Below are positions 1 to 10,358 of a stretch of 64,000 nt of DNA, one piece after another. The DNA comes from an uncultured virus (IMG/VR IMGVR_UViG_3300028393_000047). Taxonomy: Duplodnaviria > Heunggongvirae > Uroviricota > Caudoviricetes. Position numbers and translations under genes: made by a program. The DNA is taken from IMG/VR virus record IMGVR_UViG_3300028393_000047; one strand, 5' to 3'. The notes under the pieces were generated by a model. It saw nothing but the letters and a program-made list of their open reading frames with translations. It made no database searches and had not been told where the DNA came from. Each line of letters opens with the position of its first letter. Positions within the stretch are counted from its first letter, which is position 1.

Positions 1-317
1 TAGGTGACGTATACACATTCGAAATGCGTTGTGATAGATTTGAATACTCTAGCGAAAAACTTGATACTGGTGTTGCAGAGATCGATGCAATCGAAGATCA
101 ATACAGTCTTTCTACTGATAATATTGAAAAACTATTAGATGAAGTAGATAACAGTATTTTTGCTTTAGAAGATGGCACTAGACTCCTTGCAGAAGGAGAT
201 ACAATCATACCATTTGAGGTGGCTGCGGACAACGAAATAATTGGACAGAAAATCATTGACGGTGATATTCTCGACTTCTCTGAACAAAATCCATTTGCAC
301 TTACAAGGACTTATTAA
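1..317 (+). CDS. gp14: Neck protein gp14, C-terminal part (5'-truncated)
   Basis: Frame is open back to the window start (GDVYTFEMRCDRFEYSSEKLDTG); ends DFSEQNPF; directly upstream of gp15. Confidence 0.8.
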   Translation, partial: GDVYTFEMRCDRFEYSSEKLDTGVAEIDAIEDQYSLSTDNIEKLLDEVDNSIFALEDGTRLLAEGDTIIPFEVAADNEIIGQKIIDGDILDFSEQNPFALTRTY

Positions 318-319
318 CT

Positions 320-1060
320 ATGATGTTCGGTCACGATTTTTATCACGGCACTTTAAGGCGCTATGTCGTTATGTTTGGAAACTTGTTTAATGAAATTCAA
401 GTCGAAAGATATGATAGCGATGGAAATAAACAACAAACAATCAGCGTTCCTATTGAATATTCGCCTAAACAAAAATTTGTTCAACGTGTTTTAGCCGATC
501 CAACATTGAATCGTCCACTTGCTGTTACTCTTCCTAGAATGGGGTTTGAGTTTACCAGCATCACATATGCACCACAAAGAAAATTAAATAGCGCACATAA
601 GACCGTAAAAGGACTCAATACTGGAGGTAATGATTTTAGTTATACTTACACACCAGTTCCATATGATATCAACTTTTCTTTATATGCATTGGTTCGATAT
701 GCAGAAGATGGTACGCAAATTGTAGAACAAATTATTCCATTTTTTACACCAGATTGGATTGTTACAATGAAACTTATTCCTGAATTAGGAATTAACATGG
801 ACGTACCAATTGAATTAACCAACGTAAGTGTCGATGATTCATATGAAGGCGATTTTGATGGACGTAGAGTCCTTTCGTGGCAGATGGACTTTACTGTCAA
901 AGGATATCTATTTGGACCTAGCATAAAGTTCAAATATATTTCGAATGCAGATGTTAACACTTCAGTAACAAATGGGATTAATTCTAACATCATAAATATA
1001 CAGTCATTTAGTGGTGATTCCGAATTTAACGTTAGTGAAACAATTACAAATAATACATGA
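320..1060 (+). CDS. gp15: Tail sheath stabilizer/completion protein gp15
   Basis: FYHGTLRRYVVMFGNLFN, LPRMGFE, PVPYD, QIVEQIIPFF motifs; synteny. Confidence 0.92.
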   Translation: MMFGHDFYHGTLRRYVVMFGNLFNEIQVERYDSDGNKQQTISVPIEYSPKQKFVQRVLADPTLNRPLAVTLPRMGFEFTSITYAPQRKLNSAHKTVKGLNTGGNDFSYTYTPVPYDINFSLYALVRYAEDGTQIVEQIIPFFTPDWIVTMKLIPELGINMDVPIELTNVSVDDSYEGDFDGRRVLSWQMDFTVKGYLFGPSIKFKYISNADVNTSVTNGINSNIINIQSFSGDSEFNVSETITNNT

Positions 1061-1482
1061 AAAAATCTGTTAATGATAAATTGAATGACATTTTTGATGT
1101 GCAAGGTAAGATTGTTGAACAAGCATCGGTACCTGTAGTAGTAGAACAACCAAAAGAAACTACTGGCGCACCAAATGATGAATCTATTGATGCTGACTAT
1201 GAATATGCGAGAGAGAATCTAAAGCTATTCATTGAGCAAGGCAAAGTTGCTATGGAAAACATTATCTTTTTAGCTAAAGAAGGCGAATCACCAAGAGCAT
1301 ATGAAGTTGTTGGACAATTGATTAAAACATTGTCAGACACTAACAAAGATTTGTTAGACTTAGGTAAAAAAGTAAAAGACTTGAAATCTAAAAAAGATGA
1401 CACACAACAACCACAGCATGTCACTAATGCATTGTTTGTTGGTAGCACAGCAGAATTACAAAAACTAATTGGTAAGAGATGA
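1057..1482 (+). CDS. gp16: Terminase small subunit gp16
   Basis: DYEYARENL, SPRAYEVVGQLIK, NALFVGSTAELQK; precedes gp17. Confidence 0.92.
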   Translation: MKKSVNDKLNDIFDVQGKIVEQASVPVVVEQPKETTGAPNDESIDADYEYARENLKLFIEQGKVAMENIIFLAKEGESPRAYEVVGQLIKTLSDTNKDLLDLGKKVKDLKSKKDDTQQPQHVTNALFVGSTAELQKLIGKR

Positions 1483-3107
1483 CAGCAAAATCCTATCTAG
1501 GAAATTCTCTTTTAAAAGCATCTGGTGTTCCATTAAATTTCACAAAAGACGAAATTGAAGAATACTTGAAATGCGCTGACGATCCGATATACTTCATAGA
1601 AAGTTATTGTAAGATTGTCACGCTAGATCACGGGCTTCAGCCATTCAAACTTTATGATTGTCAAAAGAATAAAGTAAAAATCATCCATGAGAATCGTAAA
1701 GTTATTCTTATGGAAGGGCGCCAACAAGGCAAAACAACAACTTCAGCCGCATATATTCTTTGGTACACATTGTTTCAAGGAAGCAAGACTGTAGCAATTC
1801 TAGCAAACAAAGCGACTGCCGCTAGAGAGGTTTTATATCGTTATCAAATCATGTATGAGAATCTTCCTACGTGGCTTCAGCAAGGTGTCACCACATGGAA
1901 CAAAGGTGACATTGCTTTAGAGAATGGGTCAATCGTATTCACAGCCGCAACAAGCGCATCAGGTATTCGTGGTAAATCAGTTAACTTATTGTATGTTGAC
2001 GAAGCCGCTATCATACCGAACAATGTAGCAGAACAATTCTTCACCTCAGTTTATCCTACGATTTCTGCTGGTGAAACAACAAAGATTTTGCTAAGTTCTA
2101 CCCCTCTAGGATACAATCATTTCTGGAAGTTTTGGAATGATGCAGAGAGCGACAGAAATGGATTTGTCAATTTGTTTATTCCCTATTGGGAGATTCCTGG
2201 ACGTGACGAAGCATGGGCGACTGAACAGCGAAGATTACTTGGTGAATTAAAGTTCAATCAAGAAGTGCTATGTAACTTCTTAGGTTCTAGTTTGACACTC
2301 ATTGCTTCAGACTCTATTGCACAAATGTCTGCTAAACCTATCATGTATCAAAAAGATGGGTTAGATATATATGAGAAGGTAGAAAAAGATCATGCGTATT
2401 GTATTGTTGCAGACACCGCTAAAGGTGTCGGTGGTGACTATTCAGCATTTCAGATTATTGACATAACTCAGATGCCATATAAAATTGTAGGCAAATACAG
2501 AAACAATCAAATCAGCCCACTTTTATATCCATCAGTACTTTACAGAATAGGTAAAGAATACAATGAAGCATACGTTCTAATTGAAATCAATTCTTCAGAA
2601 CAAGTTGCAGAGATTCTTTATGCGGAATACGAATATGAGAATATCATATCCGTTTCTAGAACACCTCAAGGGCAAGTTGTCAATGGGGGATTTGGTGGGG
2701 GTAAGACACAACTAGGTGTTATTACAGACAAGAAAGTTAAACGCATCGGATGTTCTAACTTTAAATCAATGGTTGAAGAAAAAAAACTTATCATTACAGA
2801 TGCTGACACTATAGCAGAAATTTCAACGTTCATTGAAAAAAGAAACAGTTACTCTGCTGATGAGGGATATCACGATGACTTAGTTATGCCTTTAGTGTTA
2901 TTTTCGTGGTTGACAACAAACTCTTATTTCAAAGAGTTAACTAACATTAATATACGAAAAGAATTGTACGAAGCAAGAATCAAAATGATTGAAGAGGAAA
3001 TTACTCCTTTTGGCTTCATAAATAATGGAGAAGAAGAGAATCAATTAGTTGATGTGAGTGGACAGGTTTGGCAGGTAGAGAATTATCACAAATCTGATTT
3101 TTTATAA
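1479..3107 (+). CDS. gp17: Terminase large subunit gp17
   Basis: Walker A GRQQGKTT, Walker B LLYVDEAA, nuclease motif HDDLVM. Confidence 0.97.
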   Translation: MTAKSYLGNSLLKASGVPLNFTKDEIEEYLKCADDPIYFIESYCKIVTLDHGLQPFKLYDCQKNKVKIIHENRKVILMEGRQQGKTTTSAAYILWYTLFQGSKTVAILANKATAAREVLYRYQIMYENLPTWLQQGVTTWNKGDIALENGSIVFTAATSASGIRGKSVNLLYVDEAAIIPNNVAEQFFTSVYPTISAGETTKILLSSTPLGYNHFWKFWNDAESDRNGFVNLFIPYWEIPGRDEAWATEQRRLLGELKFNQEVLCNFLGSSLTLIASDSIAQMSAKPIMYQKDGLDIYEKVEKDHAYCIVADTAKGVGGDYSAFQIIDITQMPYKIVGKYRNNQISPLLYPSVLYRIGKEYNEAYVLIEINSSEQVAEILYAEYEYENIISVSRTPQGQVVNGGFGGGKTQLGVITDKKVKRIGCSNFKSMVEEKKLIITDADTIAEISTFIEKRNSYSADEGYHDDLVMPLVLFSWLTTNSYFKELTNINIRKELYEARIKMIEEEITPFGFINNGEEENQLVDVSGQVWQVENYHKSDFL

Positions 3108-3110
3108 ATA
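3103..3110 (+). promoter_or_regulatory. T4-type late promoter TATAAATA
   Basis: Exact consensus upstream of gp18. Confidence 0.8.
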
Positions 3111-3158
3111 AATTAAACAAACCTAACAACAAAACATCATTATAACAAGGAGAATTCA

Positions 3159-5048
3159 ATGGCTATAAGTCTAATTTCACCAGGAATCAAGATCACCGAA
3201 ACAGATTTGGTGTCTTCCTCACAGTCGGTATCTACAACATCTGGCGCATTTGCTGGTCAATTCCGTTGGGGTCCTATCGATAAAGCAGTACAAGTTACAA
3301 ACGAAACCGATTTAGTTACTAGATTTGGTAAACCAAATGCAACTAACGTAGTTGACTTTTTAACAGCCGCTAACTTTTTAGGTTATTCTGGTTCATTGTA
3401 TATTGTTCGTAGTGCAAACACAGCGTTGAATGCTACAGCAGAAGCAACAACTGGTTCAGGCACAGCAGGTACTGGTACAGCTATTAAGAATGATGATGCA
3501 TACATTAATACAGCATCTTGGAACGTTGGTCCATGGGCGGCTCGCTATTCTGGTGCATTAGGAAACGCAGTTAAAGTTTCTGTTTGCCCAAGTTCAGCGG
3601 CTTATTCTAACACATTAACTGGAACATTTACTGTAACAGCAGGTTCTACAACAGTTACCGGTTCAGGAAGTCTTGCAAATACACAAATGCAAGTTGGTGA
3701 TTTTATTGTATTGTCTGGTCGTTCAACTAAAGTTGTTGCGATTGCTAATGCAACATCATTTACATTAGAGTCTGCACACTTAACTGGTGCTACTGCTGTT
3801 TCAGGAACACGCCGTTGGGAATTCTTTGGTGAATTTGATTCTGCACCAGGAACATCTACAGCCGGAACAGCCGCAGGCGCATCTGGCGATGAATTGCACG
3901 TTGTTGTTCAAGACAGAACAGGTGAAATTACTGGTACAGCAAATACAGTTTTAGAGAAATTTGGTTATCTCTCTAAAGGTTCTAATGCTAAAGCGGATAG
4001 TGGTGGTAGCAATTACTACAAAGATGTAGTTAATGATCGTTCTAACTACGTTTGGTGGACTGCACATGACAATGCTGGCTCTAATTGGGGTAACACATTG
4101 TCTGCCACAACTTACACAGCAGTAACGACACCTAAAGCATATTCTTTAGCTGGTGGTTCTGATGGTAACGCATTGACAGATGGCGACAGATCAACATCTT
4201 ATGTATTGCTTTCAAACAAACAAGAGGTTCCAACATCTATTATTGTAGCTGGTCAAGCAACTGCTACAGTAGTAAATAGAATTATAGCTGATGTTGCCGA
4301 AACTAGAAAAGATGCTGTTGTTTGTATCTCTCCATTGAGAGCAAACGTTGTTAGCAATGCTGGTTCTGAAGCATCTGCTATTAGCACATGGGCAGACACA
4401 GTTTCACGCTCAACATACGCAGTTGCGGACAGCGGTTGGAAATATCAGTACGACAAATACAATGACGTATATGTTTATGTTCCGTTGAATGCTGACACAG
4501 CAGGTTGTATGGCACGTAACGATTTGAATCGTGAACCATGGTTGTCTCCAGCTGGTTTCCAAAATGGTCGTATTCAAAACTTAGTTCGTTTAGCATACAA
4601 TCCAACACAAGCTGACAGAGACACATTGTACAAGGCAGCCATCAATCCAATTATCACACAAATTGGTCGTGGCACAGTATTGTTTGGTGACAAGACATTC
4701 ACATTGAAGAACACATCAATGAATCGTGTTAATGTTCGTAGATTGTTTATTGAATTGCAAAGAACAATTGGACAAGCCGCAGACAATGTATTGTTTGACC
4801 AAAACGATGCAATAACAAGAAGCGGTTTTGTAAGTCTAGTTGTTCCTTACTTGAGAAGCGTTCAGTCTAGAAGAGGTATTACAGCATTCAGAGTTGTTTG
4901 TGATGAAACAAATAATCCAGAAGATGTAGTAAATGCCAATGAATTTGTTTGCGATATTTTCGTACAACCAATTCGTTCTGTCAACTTCATTCAACTTAAC
5001 TTTGTCTCTGTAAGAGGTACCGCCACATTTGCTGAAATTGCCGCATAA
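3159..5048 (+). CDS. gp18: Tail sheath protein gp18
   Basis: ISPGIKITETD, FRWGP, PWLSPAG, NVRRLF, NFIQLNFV motifs. Confidence 0.96.
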   Translation: MAISLISPGIKITETDLVSSSQSVSTTSGAFAGQFRWGPIDKAVQVTNETDLVTRFGKPNATNVVDFLTAANFLGYSGSLYIVRSANTALNATAEATTGSGTAGTGTAIKNDDAYINTASWNVGPWAARYSGALGNAVKVSVCPSSAAYSNTLTGTFTVTAGSTTVTGSGSLANTQMQVGDFIVLSGRSTKVVAIANATSFTLESAHLTGATAVSGTRRWEFFGEFDSAPGTSTAGTAAGASGDELHVVVQDRTGEITGTANTVLEKFGYLSKGSNAKADSGGSNYYKDVVNDRSNYVWWTAHDNAGSNWGNTLSATTYTAVTTPKAYSLAGGSDGNALTDGDRSTSYVLLSNKQEVPTSIIVAGQATATVVNRIIADVAETRKDAVVCISPLRANVVSNAGSEASAISTWADTVSRSTYAVADSGWKYQYDKYNDVYVYVPLNADTAGCMARNDLNREPWLSPAGFQNGRIQNLVRLAYNPTQADRDTLYKAAINPIITQIGRGTVLFGDKTFTLKNTSMNRVNVRRLFIELQRTIGQAADNVLFDQNDAITRSGFVSLVVPYLRSVQSRRGITAFRVVCDETNNPEDVVNANEFVCDIFVQPIRSVNFIQLNFVSVRGTATFAEIAA

Positions 5049-5076
5049 ATACTAGAGAATAAACAAGGAGAATTAT

Positions 5077-5604
5077 ATGGCAATTACAACAATTCAAAAT
5101 TTGAAGGACGTTCTTAAAACGGGCGCCCGTTCAAATTTGTTTAGAGTTACTCTATCTGGACTATCTAATGATTTGAATGAAGATTTCACTTACTTGTGCA
5201 AAGCCGCTCAACTTCCAGGCTCCACAGTAGGTGTTATTGAAGTTCCATTTGCAGCCGGTAGACGATTCAAAGCGGCTGGAGACAGAACATTTGCTGACTG
5301 GACAACAACAGTTATCAATGATTCTAATCACAGAATCAGAGAAGCGTTAGAAGACTTACAAAAACAATATGGTACTACAGACTACAACTCAGAAACAGCT
5401 AAAACATTAACTGGAGGAGATGCAACAGATTTCTCATCTATTTTAGTTGAACAGCTTAATCAAGCAGGTGACGTAGTTTATTCATACACGCTAGTTAACT
5501 GCTGGCCTAGTGATGTTAGTACAATTGACTTATCGTATGACTCTACAGATACGCTTGAAGAGTTTACTGTAACTTGGTCTTATGACTACTTTACATTCGA
5601 ATAA
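5077..5604 (+). CDS. gp19: Tail tube protein gp19, copy 1
   Basis: GARSNLF, CKAAQLPGS, GDRTFADW, EEFTVTWSYDY. Confidence 0.9.
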   Translation: MAITTIQNLKDVLKTGARSNLFRVTLSGLSNDLNEDFTYLCKAAQLPGSTVGVIEVPFAAGRRFKAAGDRTFADWTTTVINDSNHRIREALEDLQKQYGTTDYNSETAKTLTGGDATDFSSILVEQLNQAGDVVYSYTLVNCWPSDVSTIDLSYDSTDTLEEFTVTWSYDYFTFE

Positions 5605-5614
5605 GGAATAAAAA

Positions 5615-6253
5615 ATGGCAAACGAATTTTTCAATATCAATACATTTAGATCAAAACTAAATGGCGGTTCAAAAGCAAATTTATTCCGAATTCAAATTGA
5701 ACCGGAAGAAAATATAGCTGGCGTTGACTTAAGCAATCTTTCCATCCTATGTAAGTCTGGTGCAATTCCAGCATTTACATTGGGTGTGATTGAAGTTCCA
5801 TTTAGAGGAAGACGAATTAAAGTTCCTGGAGATAGAACATATGCAGATTGGACAGCAACAATTGTTAACGATGACGCACAAAACGTTCGTAAATCTTTTG
5901 ATAATTGGTTAAACAGCATCATCGATGTTAATGGTGAGAATTCACTAAGAGACGGAACAAATTCATATCGTTGCAAGATTACCGTTCAGCAATTGAGACC
6001 AGACGGCACAGTTTCTAGAGTGTATGAATTGTACGATGCATTTCCAACTGATGTTTCTGCTATTGATTTGTCTTACGATACTACAGATGCAGTTCAAGAG
6101 TTTACTGTTACTTTCCAATATCACTATTTGGATGTTGGTGGCACTTCTGAATCCGGTACTAATGCCAGCGAACCTAGTGCTGGTGTTTCTAGTGCGGCTT
6201 CAGCGAGTAATGTAAAAGGCACAACGGCTGCCAAAACGCCAGCCAAAGTATAA
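5615..6253 (+). CDS. gp19: Tail tube protein gp19, copy 2 with low-complexity C-terminal tail
   Basis: PFRGRRIKVPGDRTYADW, IDLSYD, QEFTVTFQY; clear paralogue of the preceding ORF. Confidence 0.88.
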   Translation: MANEFFNINTFRSKLNGGSKANLFRIQIEPEENIAGVDLSNLSILCKSGAIPAFTLGVIEVPFRGRRIKVPGDRTYADWTATIVNDDAQNVRKSFDNWLNSIIDVNGENSLRDGTNSYRCKITVQQLRPDGTVSRVYELYDAFPTDVSAIDLSYDTTDAVQEFTVTFQYHYLDVGGTSESGTNASEPSAGVSSAASASNVKGTTAAKTPAKV

Positions 6254-6309
6254 AAAGACTTAAATAATGAATTTTACGCAACATAAATAATTGCGTAATA
6301 GTTGTCAAT

Positions 6310-6340
6310 AATGGGGGCTATTACGCCCCCATTTCTTTTT
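6310..6340 (+). terminator. Rho-independent terminator between tube genes and portal
   Basis: AATGGGGGC-tattac-GCCCCCATT followed by TCTTTTT. Confidence 0.8.
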
Positions 6341-6354
6341 AGAGAGACTCAAAT

Positions 6355-8016
6355 ATGGCGATAAAACTTTTTGGATATAAAATTGGTAAGGATGATGTTG
6401 AATCAGAACAGTTAAAATCGTTTGTCACACCTACCGATGATGATGCGGCAGTATCAATTTCTGGTGGTGGTGTATATGGAACATACATGGACCTTGAAGG
6501 TCAGATTAGAAGCGATGCCGATTTAATTAAAAAATATCGTGAGATGGCACTTCAACCAGAATGCGATGCCGCAATTGAAGACATTGTTAACGAAGCACTA
6601 GTCTTTGAAGATGGTGATTATCCAGTTCAAATTATTTTAGATAAACTCCAGCAACCCGAATCAATCAAGAAAAAGATTCGTGATGAGTTCTATTACATAA
6701 TGAAACTACTTGACTTCAACAATCAAGGCTACGATATTTTCCGTAGATGGTATGTTGATGGACGTTTGTACTATCACATGTTGATTGACGATAAAAATCC
6801 TAGAGCAGGATTAAAAGAAGTTCGTTACATTGACCCACGTAAAATTCGTAAAGTGCGTGAAGATAAGAAACAACCTAATAATCCAGGAATAGCAAACACG
6901 ACACAAAAATTCCATGAATATTTTATCTATTCAGATAAAGGTTTTTCTAGAGATGGCGCACAGGGCATTAAGATTGCAGTAGATGCAATTTGCTATGCAA
7001 ACTCTGGCATCTCAGACAAAGATGGTAAGATTATTGTTTCACATCTACACAAAGCAATCAAACCACTCAATCAATTACGTATGCTTGAAGATGCGACAGT
7101 TATCTATCGTATTTCAAGAGCACCAGAACGTAGAATCTTTTACATTGACGTAGGTAACTTGCCTAAGATGAAGGCAGAGCAATACTTACGTGAAATCATG
7201 CAGAAGTATAAAAACAAACTAGTGTATGATGCAAACACTGGTGAGATTCGTGACGATAGACGCTATCAGACAATGCTTGAAGACTTTTGGTTGCCACGTA
7301 GAGAAGGTGGTAAAGGTACAGAGATTACTACACTATCAGGTGGCCAGAATCTTGGAGAGATTGATGACGTATTGTACTTTCAAAAGAAAATGTTTAAGTC
7401 ATTGAATGTTCCAGTTTCACGTTTAGAGGCCGACACAGGATTCTCTTTAGGACGTGCTTCAGAAATTACTAGAGATGAATTGAAATTTGGTAAATTCATT
7501 TCACGTTTGCGTTTAAGATTCTCTATCCTATTTGATAAAATGCTTGAGACACAGCTTCTTCTTAAAGGCGTTTGTACCCGTAAAGAATGGGATCAAATGA
7601 AAGAAGAAATTAGTTATGACTATCAATCAGACGCACATTTTGCAGAACTAAAGAACGTTGAAATTATGAAAGAACGTTTAGGCATTCTTTCTGACATTGA
7701 TGGATATGTTGGTAAATACTTCTCTGTAAAATATATCAGAACAAACATTCTACATCAGAGTGAAGATGATATTAAGCAAATGGATGAAGAGATGGAAGAA
7801 GACAAGGCAAATATGGATGAAGATGGTATGTCTTCAGAAGAATTGCCACCTTCTCCACCACCTGCGCCGCCACCACAACAACTTGTTGTTAGCGTAAAAA
7901 AAGAAGAAGCCGCAAGAGAAATTGATGATGCGGATCAAAAAGAATTAGCTAAATCTATGACTGCATTTTTTGGCACATTAGTTGAAGAGGCTAAAGGTGA
8001 CAAAGAAGGAAACTAA
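6355..8016 (+). CDS. gp20: Portal protein gp20
   Basis: RRWYVDGR, YRISRAPERRIFYIDVGN, EDFWLPRREGGKGTEITTL; Pro-rich C-terminal extension. Confidence 0.97.
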   Translation: MAIKLFGYKIGKDDVESEQLKSFVTPTDDDAAVSISGGGVYGTYMDLEGQIRSDADLIKKYREMALQPECDAAIEDIVNEALVFEDGDYPVQIILDKLQQPESIKKKIRDEFYYIMKLLDFNNQGYDIFRRWYVDGRLYYHMLIDDKNPRAGLKEVRYIDPRKIRKVREDKKQPNNPGIANTTQKFHEYFIYSDKGFSRDGAQGIKIAVDAICYANSGISDKDGKIIVSHLHKAIKPLNQLRMLEDATVIYRISRAPERRIFYIDVGNLPKMKAEQYLREIMQKYKNKLVYDANTGEIRDDRRYQTMLEDFWLPRREGGKGTEITTLSGGQNLGEIDDVLYFQKKMFKSLNVPVSRLEADTGFSLGRASEITRDELKFGKFISRLRLRFSILFDKMLETQLLLKGVCTRKEWDQMKEEISYDYQSDAHFAELKNVEIMKERLGILSDIDGYVGKYFSVKYIRTNILHQSEDDIKQMDEEMEEDKANMDEDGMSSEELPPSPPPAPPPQQLVVSVKKEEAAREIDDADQKELAKSMTAFFGTLVEEAKGDKEGN

Positions 8017-9898
8017 TCTTAGCACTACTCTCAGCGAAGCGGTTTCTGTTGCAACGTCTGTAGCATATACAAGACAAGAGATACAAAAACTTAAAACAGA
8101 GTTAGTATCTCTTTTAGAAAAGAAAACAACAGAAGTAATCGTTGAACAAGTTCCTGGTCCTGTTGGTCCACGTGGATCTCTTGGCGCAACTGGCGCACAA
8201 GGTTCTAAGGGTGACAAAGGAGATAAGGGAGATGCGGGTGAGCGTGGTGATAAAGGCGAAGTTGGACCCCAAGGAAACATGGGGCATGATGGACCACGTG
8301 GATTAAAAGGTGATAAGGGAGACAAGGGCGAACAAGGTGATGTTGGTCTTCAAGGTGAACAAGGCATACAAGGTATTACTGGTGATCGTGGCGACAAAGG
8401 CGAGAAAGGTGATAGGGGCGCAGATGGAAAAAATGGTCTGGACGGAAGAGATGGACAAACAGGCGCAGTTGGTCCGATTGGACCAGTTGGTCCGCAAGGA
8501 ATTCAAGGTGAACGAGGACTTAAGGGCGACAAAGGCGAACGAGGAAAAGACGGACAACAAGGACTCGCAGGACCAACAGGATCACAAGGTGAAATTGGAC
8601 CACAGGGCGTTCAAGGCATTGCAGGTAAGGATGGTAAAGACGGAGACATAAAACCTGTTGAAGAGAAGTTTCAAAAGTTTATTGATAATGTTCAGAGAGA
8701 TGTTAACGCATTTAAAACAAGAGTCAATGCAGTAATTATTAAATCTGGTGGACAGCACGGAGGTTCAACTGGTTCTGGTGAAGTCAATTTAAGATACTTG
8801 GATGACGTTGATAGAGATAGTATCACAGATGGTTATGTTTTATCTTACAATCAAGCATCACAGAAGTTTGTATTCGTAGAACAATCTGGTGGCGGTGGAG
8901 GTACCGTAGATACCGTAGCAAGAACAAGATCAACATCCGCTTGGTACACAGCAAACTTAGCATATTCACAAGCCAACAGCGCATTCTCTACCTCAAATAA
9001 TTCATACACACAATCAAATTCTGCATTAAGTATTGCACAGTCAGCATTTGCAAAAGCCAATACTGGTGGTGCCGCTGGCACAGATAATCTTGCACGTTCT
9101 ATTGCAAATAGTTCATTTTCTACAGCAAACTCAGCACTTAGCATTGCACAATCTGCGTTTGCACAAGCAAATACTGGAGGTGGAGGAGTTGGATATGACC
9201 AAAATCTTAATACATCAAACACAGTTTCTTTTGTTGGATTAACTGTAGCAGGAAATACAATAGTTCAACATGTTATTCCTTCAGCAAACATCACATATGA
9301 TTTAGGAGCGCCAACTTCTAGATTCAGAGATTTATATTTAAGTGGAAGCAGTATTAATTTAGGTGGTGCTTCAATTAAAGCAGATGTTGTTACCGGAGCA
9401 ATTGCAATAATTCCGCAGCCAACTGTAGAAAATCCAAACCCAACAGGTGTTGTTGTGTCGCCTACAGGAACTATAGGTACGGTATCTACCACCGGTGGCA
9501 CCTTAACTGCAAATGCGATTAGCAATTCGTCTAATACAGCAGTTACAGCTGGAGGTGCAACAGAATCATTAAATGTTAAATTTAGCAATAGTACCGGTGA
9601 TGCGTATAAAGTTGTTGCTTTGAATTCTACAGCCAATACTGTTTTGGCTTCAGCATTAGATATAGCACAAGTAGATAAAGTTTTAGGAGTTTTGGACGTT
9701 TCAGGAGAGACAGTAACTTTTGGTTCAATAACTAATCCATCGTGGACTTGGACAGCAGAACAATCTTTATATCTTGGAAGTAATGGTAATATTGTGGCAA
9801 CATCAACAATCAATGGTGCATCATTTTCATTGAAACTTGGATACGCTATATCGGCAACAAAAGCATTTATAAAAATCGGAACACCAATCGTATTATAA
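7997..9898 (+). CDS. Collagen-like fibre protein
   Basis: 55 consecutive Gly-X-Y triplets, then ANSAF-type repeats and a beta-rich C-terminus; likely GTG start at 7997 after GAGG (ORF track starts at 7982). Confidence 0.85.
   Translation: MTKKETNLSTTLSEAVSVATSVAYTRQEIQKLKTELVSLLEKKTTEVIVEQVPGPVGPRGSLGATGAQGSKGDKGDKGDAGERGDKGEVGPQGNMGHDGPRGLKGDKGDKGEQGDVGLQGEQGIQGITGDRGDKGEKGDRGADGKNGLDGRDGQTGAVGPIGPVGPQGIQGERGLKGDKGERGKDGQQGLAGPTGSQGEIGPQGVQGIAGKDGKDGDIKPVEEKFQKFIDNVQRDVNAFKTRVNAVIIKSGGQHGGSTGSGEVNLRYLDDVDRDSITDGYVLSYNQASQKFVFVEQSGGGGGTVDTVARTRSTSAWYTANLAYSQANSAFSTSNNSYTQSNSALSIAQSAFAKANTGGAAGTDNLARSIANSSFSTANSALSIAQSAFAQANTGGGGVGYDQNLNTSNTVSFVGLTVAGNTIVQHVIPSANITYDLGAPTSRFRDLYLSGSSINLGGASIKADVVTGAIAIIPQPTVENPNPTGVVVSPTGTIGTVSTTGGTLTANAISNSSNTAVTAGGATESLNVKFSNSTGDAYKVVALNSTANTVLASALDIAQVDKVLGVLDVSGETVTFGSITNPSWTWTAEQSLYLGSNGNIVATSTINGASFSLKLGYAISATKAFIKIGTPIVL
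8156..8650 (+). repeat. Collagen Gly-X-Y repeat region
   Basis: GPV-GPR-GSL...GKD-GKD-GDI, uninterrupted. Confidence 0.95.
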
Positions 9899-9901
9899 AT
9901 A
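9894..9901 (+). promoter_or_regulatory. Late promoter TATAAATA
   Basis: Exact consensus upstream of the 9924 ORF, followed by an AAGGAG RBS. Confidence 0.75.
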
Positions 9902-9923
9902 AGTAAAAATTAAGGAGAATTTT

Positions 9924-10325
9924 ATGGCAAACGCATTGTACCCAAAAGCAAAAGAATCATTCATTAATGCTCATATCAACATGAGTGCAAATACAATTAC
10001 TATTGCGCTTGTTGACACTGGAGTATACACTTATAGCACATCACATCAATATCGTAGTGATGTTTCAAATAGTGCTGTAATATCAAGTACAACATTAGCT
10101 AATAAAACTGTTACCAACGGAGTTTTTGACGCAGATGACGCAACATTCACATCCGTTACTGGTGCAAATTGTGAAGCATTATTGATATTTCAAGATACTG
10201 GAGTACAATCTACTTCCAGATTGATTGCTTATATTGATAGCGCAACTGGTTTGCCAATTCTTCCTAACGGCGGTGATATTACAGTTGTATTCTCTTCTGG
10301 CGCAAGTAGAATATTTGCACTTTAA
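9924..10325 (+). CDS. Putative virion structural protein (minor-tail/fibre-associated type)
   Basis: Late promoter and strong RBS; MANALYPK...GVFDADD...PNGGDIT pattern resembles phage minor tail proteins. Confidence 0.6.
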   Translation: MANALYPKAKESFINAHINMSANTITIALVDTGVYTYSTSHQYRSDVSNSAVISSTTLANKTVTNGVFDADDATFTSVTGANCEALLIFQDTGVQSTSRLIAYIDSATGLPILPNGGDITVVFSSGASRIFAL

Positions 10326-10358
10326 AATAATTAATTAAAAAATAAAGAAACCTTGATT

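Noticed and set aside
7890..8016. Programmed frameshift fusing portal to the collagen protein at the A7 run
   Set aside because: The collagen frame is +1 relative to the portal and has an in-frame TAG at 7979; a GAGG plus GTG start at 7997 explains it more simply
8156..9180. Repetitive DNA as a CRISPR array or DGR repeat
   Set aside because: The repeats are protein-level (Gly-X-Y, ANSAF) with synonymous variation; there is no repeat-spacer pattern, cas gene or reverse transcriptase
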